Of a stretch of 62,242 bases of DNA, positions 28,001-38,200 are shown one piece after another. The stretch covers positions 1 through 62,242 of the forward strand of contig JBFFXF010000003.1 in the NCBI GenBank assembly GCA_041569895.1. Reading direction: 5' to 3'. Positions within the stretch are counted from its first letter, which is position 1. Each line of letters begins with the position of its first letter. The translations under genes and the position numbers were made by a program. The notes below the pieces were generated by a model that was not told the DNA's origin, made no database searches, and saw only the letters and a program-made list of their open reading frames with translations. Source of the DNA: Planctomycetota bacterium (GTDB lineage: Bacteria > Planctomycetota > UBA8108 > JACQVS01).

Positions 28001-29536
28001 TCAGCTCCCGTCATGCCGCTCCGCGTCGCCGCGCAGCGGGAAGGGCAGTCCGACGCGGGTAATGTCCCGCAGATACGTGATCCGGGGCCGGTCGCGTCCC
28101 GTGTCGATGACCGCCTCGACGACCCTGAAACGACCCGATGGTACACCAAAGCCGACCACCTGCACACGAAACTGGTACCCGCGCGCGACGAGCCACGGCG
28201 CGAGGCGCCGGAAGCGCTCGACGTCGACAAGCCCCTCCTCGAGCAGCCACGCCGTCGTCCGTCGTCGTGCCTCGTCGAGGTCCCGGCGCCTGGCGACGAT
28301 CGATGCCGCGAGCGCCCGGTCGATTCCGGGCACCAGCGCGAGCATATCGGCGGAGGCGGTGTTGACGTTGACGGTGCGAGCGATGAACCGGTGCCACGGA
28401 TGCGTGCGGGTCTTCTCGAGGAGCTCCCCGATCCGGTCGGGACCGACGCCGGACTCGATCCAGACCTTGCGCCCGTCCTCGTCGTCGATCTCGCGCCGCG
28501 CGAGGAGGAGATCGACCGGGTGACCGAACACCGCCGGTGGCTCGTGCGTTTGCCTCCGATCGTCGCCGCCCTCGGCGTCGCGATGGCGCTCCGCGTCACG
28601 CCTCGCCTGCCGCCGGACGGCCGCGATGTACTCGAGCGCGCGCTGCGAGAGATCGACCTCGGCGAGCCGCTCGATGTCGCGGTTGAGGTCGACCTGGAGG
28701 CGCTGCTCGTGATCGACCGACCACCCGATCCCCCACACGGTGAGACGGCCGCGCAGCCCGCCGTCGAGGACGCCGTCCGCATTGTCCGGCGGGAAGCTGT
28801 CGAGCTCGTCGTTCTCGAAACGGTCGAGCACATGGTTGAGGTTCGCGTCCTCGCCGTAGAGCGCGCGGGCATCGAGGCCGCGCACCAGGAGCAGCTCGTC
28901 GAGGCTGGCGAGGCGTCCGTTGCGGATGCGGTACGGCGCACCGGCCGCGCGATAGTCCTCCTGCTCCGCGCCCTCGCGGCGCCGGTCGTGGTCGTGATCG
29001 ATGTAATCGATGACCGCATCGGCAAGCGCCGGCGTCATGCCGGGCATGCGCGCGAGCAGCTCCGCGTCGACGGCGTTGACGTTGAAGCGCGACGACTCAT
29101 CGACGACGCCATACCGAACGCCGCCCGTGACGCCACTCGAGACGCCACTCGAGACGCCGGCCGAGTCCACGTCGGCCGGCGCGAAGACCGTGAAGTACCA
29201 GCGGTCGAGGCCGTCGTCGTGCACGAGGCGGTTGCGAAAGACCGCCGGGTTGTCGGTCCAGGCCTCCGGCCGGGAGCCATGGCGAAACACGACTTCGGCC
29301 GCCGCGTGCACGCCGCTCATCGCCGCGAGCCAGGCCTGCTCGCCACCACGTCCAGCGTCCGCGGCCGCGTGCTCGGCGCGCACGCGGTAGAGGAGACTGA
29401 TCGCCAGCATGCCGGCGAGCATGCTGACGACGAGGACCGCCACCAGCGCGAGGCCGGCGTCGGACGCGGTCGAACGGCGGTCTCGCGACGACCGCCACGA
29501 CCATGCCGGGGATCCCGTGCGCGTCGCGGGCATCAT
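28001..29536 (-). CDS. gspK: GspK-like minor pseudopilin
   Basis: G/LALVAVLVV prepilin without E5, DESSRFNVN, LDELLLVRG, VNVNTAS HhH-like motifs; ATGA overlap with the upstream gene. Confidence 0.85.
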   Translation of the reverse strand: MMPATRTGSPAWSWRSSRDRRSTASDAGLALVAVLVVSMLAGMLAISLLYRVRAEHAAADAGRGGEQAWLAAMSGVHAAAEVVFRHGSRPEAWTDNPAVFRNRLVHDDGLDRWYFTVFAPADVDSAGVSSGVSSGVTGGVRYGVVDESSRFNVNAVDAELLARMPGMTPALADAVIDYIDHDHDRRREGAEQEDYRAAGAPYRIRNGRLASLDELLLVRGLDARALYGEDANLNHVLDRFENDELDSFPPDNADGVLDGGLRGRLTVWGIGWSVDHEQRLQVDLNRDIERLAEVDLSQRALEYIAAVRRQARRDAERHRDAEGGDDRRQTHEPPAVFGHPVDLLLARREIDDEDGRKVWIESGVGPDRIGELLEKTRTHPWHRFIARTVNVNTASADMLALVPGIDRALAASIVARRRDLDEARRRTTAWLLEEGLVDVERFRRLAPWLVARGYQFRVQVVGFGVPSGRFRVVEAVIDTGRDRPRITYLRDITRVGLPFPLRGDAERHDGS

Positions 29537-30213
29537 CCCGACCTCCACTGCGTCGGACCGACTCGGGTCGCCGCCGGTATATGGATCACCCGGCGGAAGA
29601 GATCGGCCGGATACTCGTCGAGATCGCCGTCGTGCGCGAACGGCTCGGCGCCGAGGTTGACCTCGACGCCGCGGGGCAGGTGTCCGTGGCGCCACTCGTC
29701 CTGCCACTCGCGACCGTCGTGATAGCGGAGGCGGAGGAACTGCAGACGCGACGAGACCGGCTCGCGGAGCCGGCGACGGCCGTGGTCCTCGCCGGCCAGG
29801 AGGCGGAGCTCGCGGCGTTCGATGCCGCCCCGGTGGCCGCCCCGGTGGCCGCCCCGGCGATACTCGACCCAGCGCAGATCGGTCTGCGGCGCCGGCGTGG
29901 AGACGCCCGGCTCGCGCGCCCACGCCGACTCGTCGGGCAGGACGGTGGTCAGGAGCTCGATGCGGTCGCGGTGCCCCGTGATGCCGCGGCGGTGGCCGTG
30001 GTCGATGGTCACCGCCTGGAGCTCGCGCGTCAGTCGCTCCATCACCAGTCGCGCCGCCGAGACCACCTCGACTTCCCGATCCATCTGGTCTCGCACCGAC
30101 GCGGCGTGCCGGTAGAAGACCAGCACCGCGACGAGCAGACCCGACGCGATGGCGACGGCGACGAGGACCTCGATCAGCGAGAAGCCGCGGTCCCGGGGCG
30201 CGCGCCGATTCAT
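29533..30213 (-). CDS. Minor pseudopilin (GspJ position)
   Basis: RG/FSLIEVLVA prepilin motif; LRYHDGREWQDEW...LPRGVEV. Confidence 0.85.
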   Translation of the reverse strand: MNRRAPRDRGFSLIEVLVAVAIASGLLVAVLVFYRHAASVRDQMDREVEVVSAARLVMERLTRELQAVTIDHGHRRGITGHRDRIELLTTVLPDESAWAREPGVSTPAPQTDLRWVEYRRGGHRGGHRGGIERRELRLLAGEDHGRRRLREPVSSRLQFLRLRYHDGREWQDEWRHGHLPRGVEVNLGAEPFAHDGDLDEYPADLFRRVIHIPAATRVGPTQWRSG

Positions 30214-30776
30214 CGACCTGCCTCCCGGCGCCTCCGTTCGCGCTCTCCGATCTCCTCGGCGAAGATCTTCCTGACCAGCTCGAGCCGCGCCGGATCAACT
30301 TGCGGCTCCGGGCGCTCGACGCGCTCGGTGGAGTTGACCCTGACGAGCTGCGTCAGACGCCGGACGACGCCGGACGGGACGTGCCTGACGACGACCTCGA
30401 TGCGCTGCAGCGACATCGGCCGATGACGCGTGGGATCCGGAGGGGCGGCGATGGCGGTCTCGATGCCCGCGTCGGCGGGCGTCACCTCGATCTCGCGCGT
30501 CCAGCCGTCCTCTCGCATGTCCTCGATCGGCTCCTCGGGCAGCGAGACGGCCGGCAGCAGATCCATCTGGATCAGCGACATCGTCGTCACCGCGAGGTCG
30601 GCGGCGTGCGTCTCGTGGCGCAGGCGCTCCACGCCGCCGATCGACGAGCCGAGCCCGACCAGCACCGCCGTCGCCGCCGCGACGAAGAGCCCGAGCGCGA
30701 GGACCACCTCGAGGAGCACGGCTCCTCCGCATGGCGTCCCACGGGACTCCGGTACCGTGTCGCGCGGGGGGATCAC
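30210..30776 (-). CDS. Minor pseudopilin (GspI position)
   Basis: G/AVLLEVVLAL with E at +5; GTG 30776 overlaps the upstream TGA. Confidence 0.75.
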   Translation of the reverse strand: MIPPRDTVPESRGTPCGGAVLLEVVLALGLFVAAATAVLVGLGSSIGGVERLRHETHAADLAVTTMSLIQMDLLPAVSLPEEPIEDMREDGWTREIEVTPADAGIETAIAAPPDPTRHRPMSLQRIEVVVRHVPSGVVRRLTQLVRVNSTERVERPEPQVDPARLELVRKIFAEEIGERERRRREAGR

Positions 30777-31477
30777 CGTGACCTCCCCCGGCGATCGTGC
30801 CGTGTCCGCTCGCGGCGATTGCCGGTGTCGTCCCTCGCGCGGTCCGGATCGAAGCGCGACAGCGCCCCGGTGATGCCGTGGACGCGGATGCCGATGGTGC
30901 GCGGCTCCGGCTCGCGGGCGCCAGCCTCGGCGATGACGATCTGGACCGCATCGGCCGAGCCGTCCGGATGGAAGGTGACCGGGGCGACGGTCGCCGCGTC
31001 CTGACGCGGCCCGCCGTCTTTCCACGCCTCGCGCGATGACGGGCCCATGGCAGCCGGCTCGTTTTCGCCCTCGCCGGCGACGAGCTGGCGGAGCGGCGTC
31101 ACCGACACCACCTCGACCAGATCACCGAGCCCGCGCGCCGCCCACGCGGCGCCGGAGACGTCGTCGAACTCTCCGGGACGACCGAGCGGGTCGGTCTCGC
31201 GCTCGACGCGGACTCGATCGAGTGCTCCCTCGGCGGCTCCCTCGGCCGTGCTCTCCGCCGCGAGCATGACGCGCATCCGGCGGCCCGTGCGAGCCGCCTC
31301 GGCGCGCGCGAACCGCAGCAGCGTCTCGACGCGGCCAGCGCCCTCGTCGAGCCGCGAGCCTCGCCCGAGGTCGACGAAGTTGAAGACGAGCGCGCCGAGG
31401 AGCACGACGAGCAGCGCGAGGGCGATGGTGCCCTCGACCAGTGAGAAACCGCCGTCGCGGCCGGACGCCCGGATCAC
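30773..31477 (-). CDS. Minor pseudopilin (GspH position)
   Basis: G/FSLVEGTIAL, LLRFARAEA, VTFHPDGSA; GTG start just after the gspG stop. Confidence 0.8.
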   Translation of the reverse strand: MIRASGRDGGFSLVEGTIALALLVVLLGALVFNFVDLGRGSRLDEGAGRVETLLRFARAEAARTGRRMRVMLAAESTAEGAAEGALDRVRVERETDPLGRPGEFDDVSGAAWAARGLGDLVEVVSVTPLRQLVAGEGENEPAAMGPSSREAWKDGGPRQDAATVAPVTFHPDGSADAVQIVIAEAGAREPEPRTIGIRVHGITGALSRFDPDRARDDTGNRRERTRHDRRGRSR

Positions 31478-31478
31478 G

Positions 31479-32054
31479 TCAGCGCGTCCTGCCCGGTCCC
31501 GGAAGCGCCGGCACGCCACCGCCCGTTCCCGGGCCCACCGGCGGGGTGCCGATGTCGGCGGGAGTGCCCGCTCCACCCTCGATGCCCTCGACGTCGTAGA
31601 GGCGGATGTCGTCCTCCGTGTCCGGCTGCCCGTCCGGCCCGATCGAGTAGAGCTCGTACTCGGGGCCGGCGGTGTCGCCGGTCAGCGTCCGATCGCGCAT
31701 CTTGTAGACGATTGTGTTTCCCCACGCGTCGTCGAGAGTCGCGCCGCGCTTCAGATACGGTCCGGCCCAGCGCTCGCCGATCCGCGCGTTCTCGAAGTTC
31801 GGCTTCCTGACGAGCGCCGCGAGCCCTCCCTGCTCTTCCGACGGATACGTGCCGACGTTGGTCTTGTAGAGCTGCAGCGCCTGCTCGATCTGTTCGAGCT
31901 TCAGCCGCGTCGTGTTGCGCTGGGCGCCCTCCTGCTGCGGCAGCACGAAGATCACCAGCGCGCCGGCGAGCATCAGGATGATGACGATCACCAGCAGGAT
32001 CTCGACGAGCGAGAATCCGGCATTCGGTCGCGAACGAATCCATCGCATGGTCAT
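31479..32054 (-). CDS. gspG: Major pseudopilin GspG
   Basis: G/FSLVEILLV, YPSEEQGGLAAL, WAGPYL, DAWG, SIGPDGQPDTEDDI. Confidence 0.93.
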   Translation of the reverse strand: MTMRWIRSRPNAGFSLVEILLVIVIILMLAGALVIFVLPQQEGAQRNTTRLKLEQIEQALQLYKTNVGTYPSEEQGGLAALVRKPNFENARIGERWAGPYLKRGATLDDAWGNTIVYKMRDRTLTGDTAGPEYELYSIGPDGQPDTEDDIRLYDVEGIEGGAGTPADIGTPPVGPGTGGGVPALPGPGRTR

Positions 32055-32097
32055 GGGGCGTGTCTCCTTTCAGTCCTCGTTGTCGCTCTTGCTGGTC

Positions 32098-32170
32098 GCG
32101 TCCCCGTCCCCGTTCCCGTGCCCGTGCCCGTGCCCGTCTCCGCCTCGAACGCTTCGGGAACGGGTACGGC
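32098..32170 (-). repeat. Short GGGVAC array with upstream complementary arm, between gspF and gspG
   Basis: Minus strand reads CCGTACCCGTTCCCGAA, spacer, then GGGCAC x3, GGGAAC, GGGGAC, GGGGA. Confidence 0.8.
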
Positions 32171-32229
32171 TGCATGTCCGGGTGAGCCACTCATGATCAA
32201 CTCCGTGTATGAAGTCGTCGATCTCTCCA

Positions 32230-33426
32230 TCAGTTCCCGAGCGAGCCCGCGAGCGTGAAGATCGGCAGCAGAAGGCCCATGGCGAGAAACCCGATCGCCA
32301 CGGCGAGAAGGCAGAGGATCACGGGCTCGACGAGCCGCACGGCGTGATCGACTTGACGGTGCGTGCGACGATCGACCGTGTCGGCGATCTGGACCAGCAC
32401 CTTCTGGAGCTGGTTCGACTCCTCGGCGACGGTGATCATCGCGAGCACCTGCGGCGGTATGAAATCGCCCTGGCCGAGCGGTCCCGAGAGCGTCTCGCCC
32501 GCGCGGACGCTCTCGGCGGCCTCCGCGACGCGCGCCGCGAGGAGACGCGACCCGGTGGCGTCCTTGCTGATCGACAGCGCCTGGAGGAGCGGCACGCCGT
32601 TGGCGATCATCGTACCGAGGATGCGGCAGAACCGCGCGATCGCCACCATGCGCAGCGCCGGTCCGACGACGGGAACGCGCAGTCGAACTCTCTCGAAGAG
32701 ACTCCTGCCGGCGCCGCTGCGCAACGCCACCCCGACGCCGAGGCCCGCCGCGACCGCGCCGACGAGCAGCAGCGGCCAGTACGAGCGCACCAGCGTGCTG
32801 AGCCCGAAGACGACCGTCGTCGGCAGCGGCTTGTCGACACCCTCGAGCAACGGCTCGAACCGCGGCACGAAGAAGACCAGCGCGCCGAGCATGATCGACG
32901 TGCCGAGGAGCGTCAGCAACGCGGGATAGATCAGCGCGCCGCGCACCTTGCCGCGCAGGTCGTCGAGGCGCTCGATGAAGTCGGCGAGACTCGAGAGCAC
33001 CTCCTCGAGAAAGCTGGCGCGCTCGCCCGCCTGCACCATGGCGACGTGAAGCAGCGGGAAGGTCTCCGGATGGTCGCGCATCGCCTCGTGCAGCTCCTTG
33101 CCATCCGCGACCGCGTCGTGCACCTCACGCAGCAAATCTCGCAACCGGCGGCTGACCGACGAGCGCATGATCGATCGCAGCGCTCGAAGTAGCGGGACGC
33201 CCGAGCCGAGCAGGTCGCCGAGCTGCCCGTAGAACATGCCGAGATCCCGCGAGCGCACTCTCGAGGAGCGCTGCTCGCGCGAGCGGTCCCTGCGGCGCGA
33301 CACCTCGACCGGTAAGAGCCGGCGCTCGTCGAGGATCCTCAGCACCGCGGCCTCGGTGTCCGCCTCGATGACCCCCGAGGCGCGGTCGCCGGTCACGGTT
33401 CTTGCGATGTAGGTGAAATCGGGCAT
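32230..33426 (-). CDS. gspF: Type II secretion inner-membrane protein GspF
   Basis: MPDFTYIA, SGVPLLRAL, MVQAGE, ALIYP, NGVPLLQAL, LVEP. Confidence 0.93.
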   Translation of the reverse strand: MPDFTYIARTVTGDRASGVIEADTEAAVLRILDERRLLPVEVSRRRDRSREQRSSRVRSRDLGMFYGQLGDLLGSGVPLLRALRSIMRSSVSRRLRDLLREVHDAVADGKELHEAMRDHPETFPLLHVAMVQAGERASFLEEVLSSLADFIERLDDLRGKVRGALIYPALLTLLGTSIMLGALVFFVPRFEPLLEGVDKPLPTTVVFGLSTLVRSYWPLLLVGAVAAGLGVGVALRSGAGRSLFERVRLRVPVVGPALRMVAIARFCRILGTMIANGVPLLQALSISKDATGSRLLAARVAEAAESVRAGETLSGPLGQGDFIPPQVLAMITVAEESNQLQKVLVQIADTVDRRTHRQVDHAVRLVEPVILCLLAVAIGFLAMGLLLPIFTLAGSLGN

Positions 33427-33434
33427 GAGGAATC

Positions 33435-35105
33435 TCACTCCGCCGTCGACCGGAGGACCTCCTCCGGAGTCGTCACGCCCTCGCGGACCCGGAGCCAGCC
33501 GTCCTCGCGCAACAGCCGCAGACCCGACTCGCGCGCCATGCGGGCGAGAGCGCTCGCCGGAGCGCGCGACATGATCCCCTCGGCGACCTCGTCGGTGGTG
33601 GTCAGGAGCTCGAAGAGGCCGGTCCGGCCGCGGTACCCGGTGTTGCGGCACTGACGGCAGCCCTCGCCGCGCCAGAGGTTCGACCCCGACGCGAGCTCGA
33701 GATCGCGGGGGAGGTCCTCGGGCGCCGGCGTGTACTCGACCTTGCAGTGGGCGCAGATGCGCCGCACCAGCCGCTGGGCCATCGCGCCGGTGAGCGTGCT
33801 GGCGACCAGGAACGGCTCGACGCCCATGTCGATCAGTCGCGTCGCCACGGACGCCGCGTCGTTCGTGTGCAGCGTCGAGAGCACGAGGTGTCCGGTGAGC
33901 GCGGCCTGGATCGCCGCCTCGGCGGTCTCGAGATCGCGGATCTCGCCGATCATGATGACGTCCGGGTCGTGTCGCAGGATGGCGCGCAGGCCGCGCGCGA
34001 AGGTCATGCCGACCTTCGGGTGCACCGGGATCTGGTTGACGCCGTCGAGGTGGTACTCGACCGGGTCCTCGACCGTGATCAGCTTGATCCCGGGACTGAC
34101 GATGGCGTTGAGCGCCGCGTAGAGCGTCGTTGTCTTTCCGCTGCCCGTCGGCCCGGTCACGAGGATGACGCCATGCGGGCGCGCGATCATCGTCTGGAAG
34201 CGCGCGAAGGTGTCCTCGCCCATGCCGAGCTCCGGAAGCGCGTAGAGGATGGTCGCCTTGTCGAGAAGGCGCATCACGACGCCCTCGCCGAAGATCATCG
34301 GAATCACGCTGACGCGCACGTCGATCTGCCGCTCCCCGACCTGGAACTTGATGCGGCCGTCCTGCGGCAGCCGCTTCTCGGCGATGTTCATGCCGGCGAG
34401 GATCTTGATGCGGCTGACGATCGCCGCGCGAAAGCGGTGGATCTGCGAGGGCAGCGAGGCGTGCTGCAGGACGCCGTCGATGCGGTAGCGGATCGACAGC
34501 TCGTTCTCGAACGGCTCGACGTGAACGTCACTGGCGCGCTCGTTGATCGCCTCGAGGATGATCTCGTTGACGAGCTTGATGACGCTCGCCTCCTGCGCCA
34601 TGGCGAGGAGGTCCTGCGTGTCCTCGTCGTCGGTCGAGATCACGTCGACCGTGTCAGCGTCGACCATCTCGTCGATGGTGTCCCCGCCGACGCCGTAGTG
34701 CGCCTTGATCAGCTTGTCGATCTCTTCCTGCGGCGCGAGCACCGGCTCGACGGTGAGCCCGGTCATCAGGTGGATCTCGTCGAGCGAGTAGAGATCGTAG
34801 GCGTCGCTCGTCACGACGCGGAGGGTGCCGTTCTGCCTGGCGACCGGCACGATGCGCTTGCGGTGCACGAAGCGCGACGGGAGCAGCCGGAGGACCTGCG
34901 GGTCGATCGCCATCTCGCCGAGGTCGACCACCTCCAGGCAGAGCTGCTCGCCGAGGAGCTCGAGCAGGGCACGCTCCTCGACGTGGCCCAGCTGGATCAG
35001 GGCCCGATCGATCCGGATGCCATCGCGGTCCTGAAGCTCCTTCGCCTCGCGGAGCTTCTGCGGAGTGATCAGACCACGCTGGAGGAGTTCATCGGACAGG
35101 CTCAT
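33435..35105 (-). CDS. gspE: Type II secretion ATPase GspE
   Basis: ASDVHVEP, EKRLPQDG, GPTGSGKT, EDPVEY, LRHDPD, TGHLVLSTLH, two CxxC pairs. Confidence 0.96.
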   Translation of the reverse strand: MSLSDELLQRGLITPQKLREAKELQDRDGIRIDRALIQLGHVEERALLELLGEQLCLEVVDLGEMAIDPQVLRLLPSRFVHRKRIVPVARQNGTLRVVTSDAYDLYSLDEIHLMTGLTVEPVLAPQEEIDKLIKAHYGVGGDTIDEMVDADTVDVISTDDEDTQDLLAMAQEASVIKLVNEIILEAINERASDVHVEPFENELSIRYRIDGVLQHASLPSQIHRFRAAIVSRIKILAGMNIAEKRLPQDGRIKFQVGERQIDVRVSVIPMIFGEGVVMRLLDKATILYALPELGMGEDTFARFQTMIARPHGVILVTGPTGSGKTTTLYAALNAIVSPGIKLITVEDPVEYHLDGVNQIPVHPKVGMTFARGLRAILRHDPDVIMIGEIRDLETAEAAIQAALTGHLVLSTLHTNDAASVATRLIDMGVEPFLVASTLTGAMAQRLVRRICAHCKVEYTPAPEDLPRDLELASGSNLWRGEGCRQCRNTGYRGRTGLFELLTTTDEVAEGIMSRAPASALARMARESGLRLLREDGWLRVREGVTTPEEVLRSTAE

Positions 35106-35228
35106 GGGCCCGCTCCGCACTGCGTCAAGCCGTGGTGCCGCGAGGTCGGCTCGACTTGTGCACAGCAAGGCATTGTCCCGCAGGCCGATGCCCGAATCAA
35201 CGACAAAGCGGACTCGGGTCGGAGGCCG

Positions 35229-38200
35229 TCACCGGGGCGCGGTGAGCTGCACCGTCGCCGTCTCGCCGGCCCGGATCTCGACCGTACCGAGCTCGATCGT
35301 GTCGGCCCGCTCGGGATCGAACACGCGACGCTCGTTCGGCCGCATCGTGAGCAGCAGGATGGAGTACCGGCCGGGTCGCACGCTCCGCTTCGAGAATTCG
35401 CCGGTGTCGGGACTGACGTACGTCATCGGCGTGTCCGCAGGCGGCGCGACGCCCTCGCCTTCCGCGGGCGCCGGAGAGTCGCCCGGTATCGGCCGCAGCA
35501 CGACGAAGTGCCACGGATCCGATGGCTTGCGGCGGGTGAGGTCGGCGATGGTCCCCTCGAGCTGGCCTGCAGGCTCCATCCGGAAGCGCAGCTCCGGTTC
35601 GACCTCGGCGGGGAGCTCGACCTCGCGCGTGCTCTCCTCCGTCCAGTAAGCCGGGTGCTGGACGCCGATCGAGTGACTCCCCGCGGCGAGCCCCGACACG
35701 ACGGCGACGCCCCGATCATCGGTCTGGGGGATCGACGAGTGCGATCCGGCGTCGTCTCGCCGGTGCGCCTGCACGATCACGCCGGAGATGCCGACCCCGT
35801 CGCGGTCGACGACGACGACGGTGACGCTGAGCCCGCGATCGAGTCGCGCCGTCAGGTCGGTGACGCGACCATCGAGGACCTCGGCCTCGGCGACTCGCTG
35901 CGCGAATCCGTCCGCCTCGACGGTGACGCGGACGCGTCGCGGCGCGAGCCCCTCCCAGACGTGCCGCCCCTCGGCGTCCTCGACCTCGGTCACCCGTCCC
36001 CCGTACGCCGGCCACGCGCGCGGGCCCTCCCCGTCGCCGACCGCGTCCGTCACGAACGCACGGTACCGCTCGACGGGACGACCCGTCTCGGCCGCGACGA
36101 CCGTCAATCGGAGCCCGCCGAAGCGCCGTAGCACGATCTCCGGCAGGCGGTCGCCGGCCTCGAACGACGAGATCTCGACCGGCTCGAATCCCTCCGCGCG
36201 CGCGACCACGGAGAAGCGCCCGGGCGGCAAGTTCTCGATTCGGTAGCGGCCGTCCGCGCCCGTGCGTGCCGTCGCGACGCCACGACCGGCGAGTCGCCGG
36301 AAGAGCTGCGCCTCGCGACCGCCCGGCTCGTCGGCGGGCTGCCGATCGGCGGCGAGGAATGCGACCACCTCGATCCCCTCGAGCACGGCGGCGCTGCCAT
36401 CGACGACGCGTCCCTCGAGGACACCGCCGGCGCGCAGCACGACATCGAGAGTGACCGGCTCGTCCGCGACCTGAATCCCGGGGATGCGCTCGGGCGCGAA
36501 GCCGCGCATGGCGCCGACCTCGAGCACGTACTCGCCGGGCTCGACGCCGCGAATCCGGTAGCCGCCGTCCTTCCCCGCGTAGACCGTCTTGCCGCCGTCG
36601 CCACCGAGGAGCGCGACAATCATCGCCTCCTCGCCACCGAGCGACACCGGGCGGGCGAGATGCACCCGCGCTCCCGCCACTGGCGTCCCGTCGGGGCCAG
36701 TCACGCGGCCCGCGATCGAGGCGCCCGGCGCCAGCACGATCTCGATCAACACGTCGTCGCCCTCGGGGATGTCGGCGAGCGCGAGGCGCCCGCTCGCGTA
36801 CGCGGGATGCGCGCCGACGATCTCGACGCGCTCGAACATCGGACCGATGACACGACCGGGAGGCCGGAGCTCGAATCCTCCCTCCGCATCGGTGACGGCG
36901 GCCGTCCCACCGCCGGGCGAGAGCATCATCGCGAAGGCGGGCATGCCGGGGACCTCGAGGCGCACACGCGCGCGCGGGATCGGCTCGCCCTCCGGGTCGA
37001 TGACGCGGCCGTGCAGCACGCGAGTGCGCACCAGCCGGATCACTTTCGGATCGGCGGTATCGTCGGCCCCGACCGAGAGCTGCTCGAACGCCGTCGCGTA
37101 CTCGGGATGCTGGAATCGCGCGAACACGGACTGCCGCGCGCCGGGAGCGAGCGAGTGCCCCGACCCGGGCTCCGCCGCCAGCCCGCGGATGACGACGCGC
37201 CCGCCGGCGTCGCTCGAGGTCGGCGACTTCGAAACGCCGGGCGAGACTCCGGACACGCGCACGCCCTCGATCGGTGAGTCGTCCTCCGCGTCGACCACGC
37301 GCGCCACCGCCACGAGCCCTCGTTCGAGCTGCAGCCGAACGTCGAGCCGGTCAACCTCGACGTCGGCGACGCTCGCGGGCGCGAAGGTGTCCGCCGTCGC
37401 ATTGACGGTGTACCGGCCCGCGGGAATCGGCTCGAGCACGAAGCGGCCGCTCTCATCGGTCGACGTCTCGACGAGCACGGGCCCGGGCGTGACTCCCGGC
37501 AGCGCGGGATGTTTCTTCTCGATCCACACGCGGGCGTCCTCGACGGCCGCGCCGTCGGGAGAGAACACGGTCCCCGCGATGGCGTGCGGCGTCTCGAGGG
37601 CGAGCTCGCCGAGGTCGGTCTCCGGCGCGGCGATCTGCACCTCGAAGACCGTGATCGGGAAGCCGTCCTCGCGCACCTCGAGCTCGAACGGCCCGCGCGC
37701 GAGTCCATCGATCCGCAACCGGCCGTTCTCCGCGACGCCTCGCCGCACGTTCTCGCCGAGGACGTCGAAATCCATCTGCATCATCGCGACCGGATTGTCG
37801 AAATCGCGGCGCTGTTTCGGCTGCATGGTCCACCTCGCGCCATCGACCGGAGCTCCGTCCCGACCGACGACGGTGCCGGTGACGACGGCGCCCCGCTCGA
37901 GCGGGATCACGTGTCCTTCGGATCCGGCCGCGACGCGCTGCACGCGGCTCTCGAGGAAACCGGGCGCTCTCACCGTGAGGTCGTACAGCACCGGCTCCAG
38001 CGACCGCACGATGAACTCGCCATCGGGTCCGGAGTGGGACGACCGGTCGCCGATGACGATGTCGCCCTCGAGCAGACTCTGGATCGTCCCCATCAGCTTG
38101 CCCATCGCCGCGCCCGCGCTCCTCGAGCTCGGCTCCGCGCGCACGCGGGCATCCGCGATCGGATCGCCGCGCGCGTCGACGACCCGTCCCGAGATGGCGT

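Noticed and set aside
28001-33651. ORF-track starts for gspK (30298), the GspI- and GspH-position genes (31025, 31576) and gspF (33651)
   Set aside because: They overlap upstream genes extensively; internal starts fit the prepilin motifs and stop/start overlaps
25158-35105. Type IVa pilus interpretation of the cluster
   Set aside because: GspG C-terminal motifs, a GspK-like gene and no PilT favour type II secretion, despite the PilM-like domain
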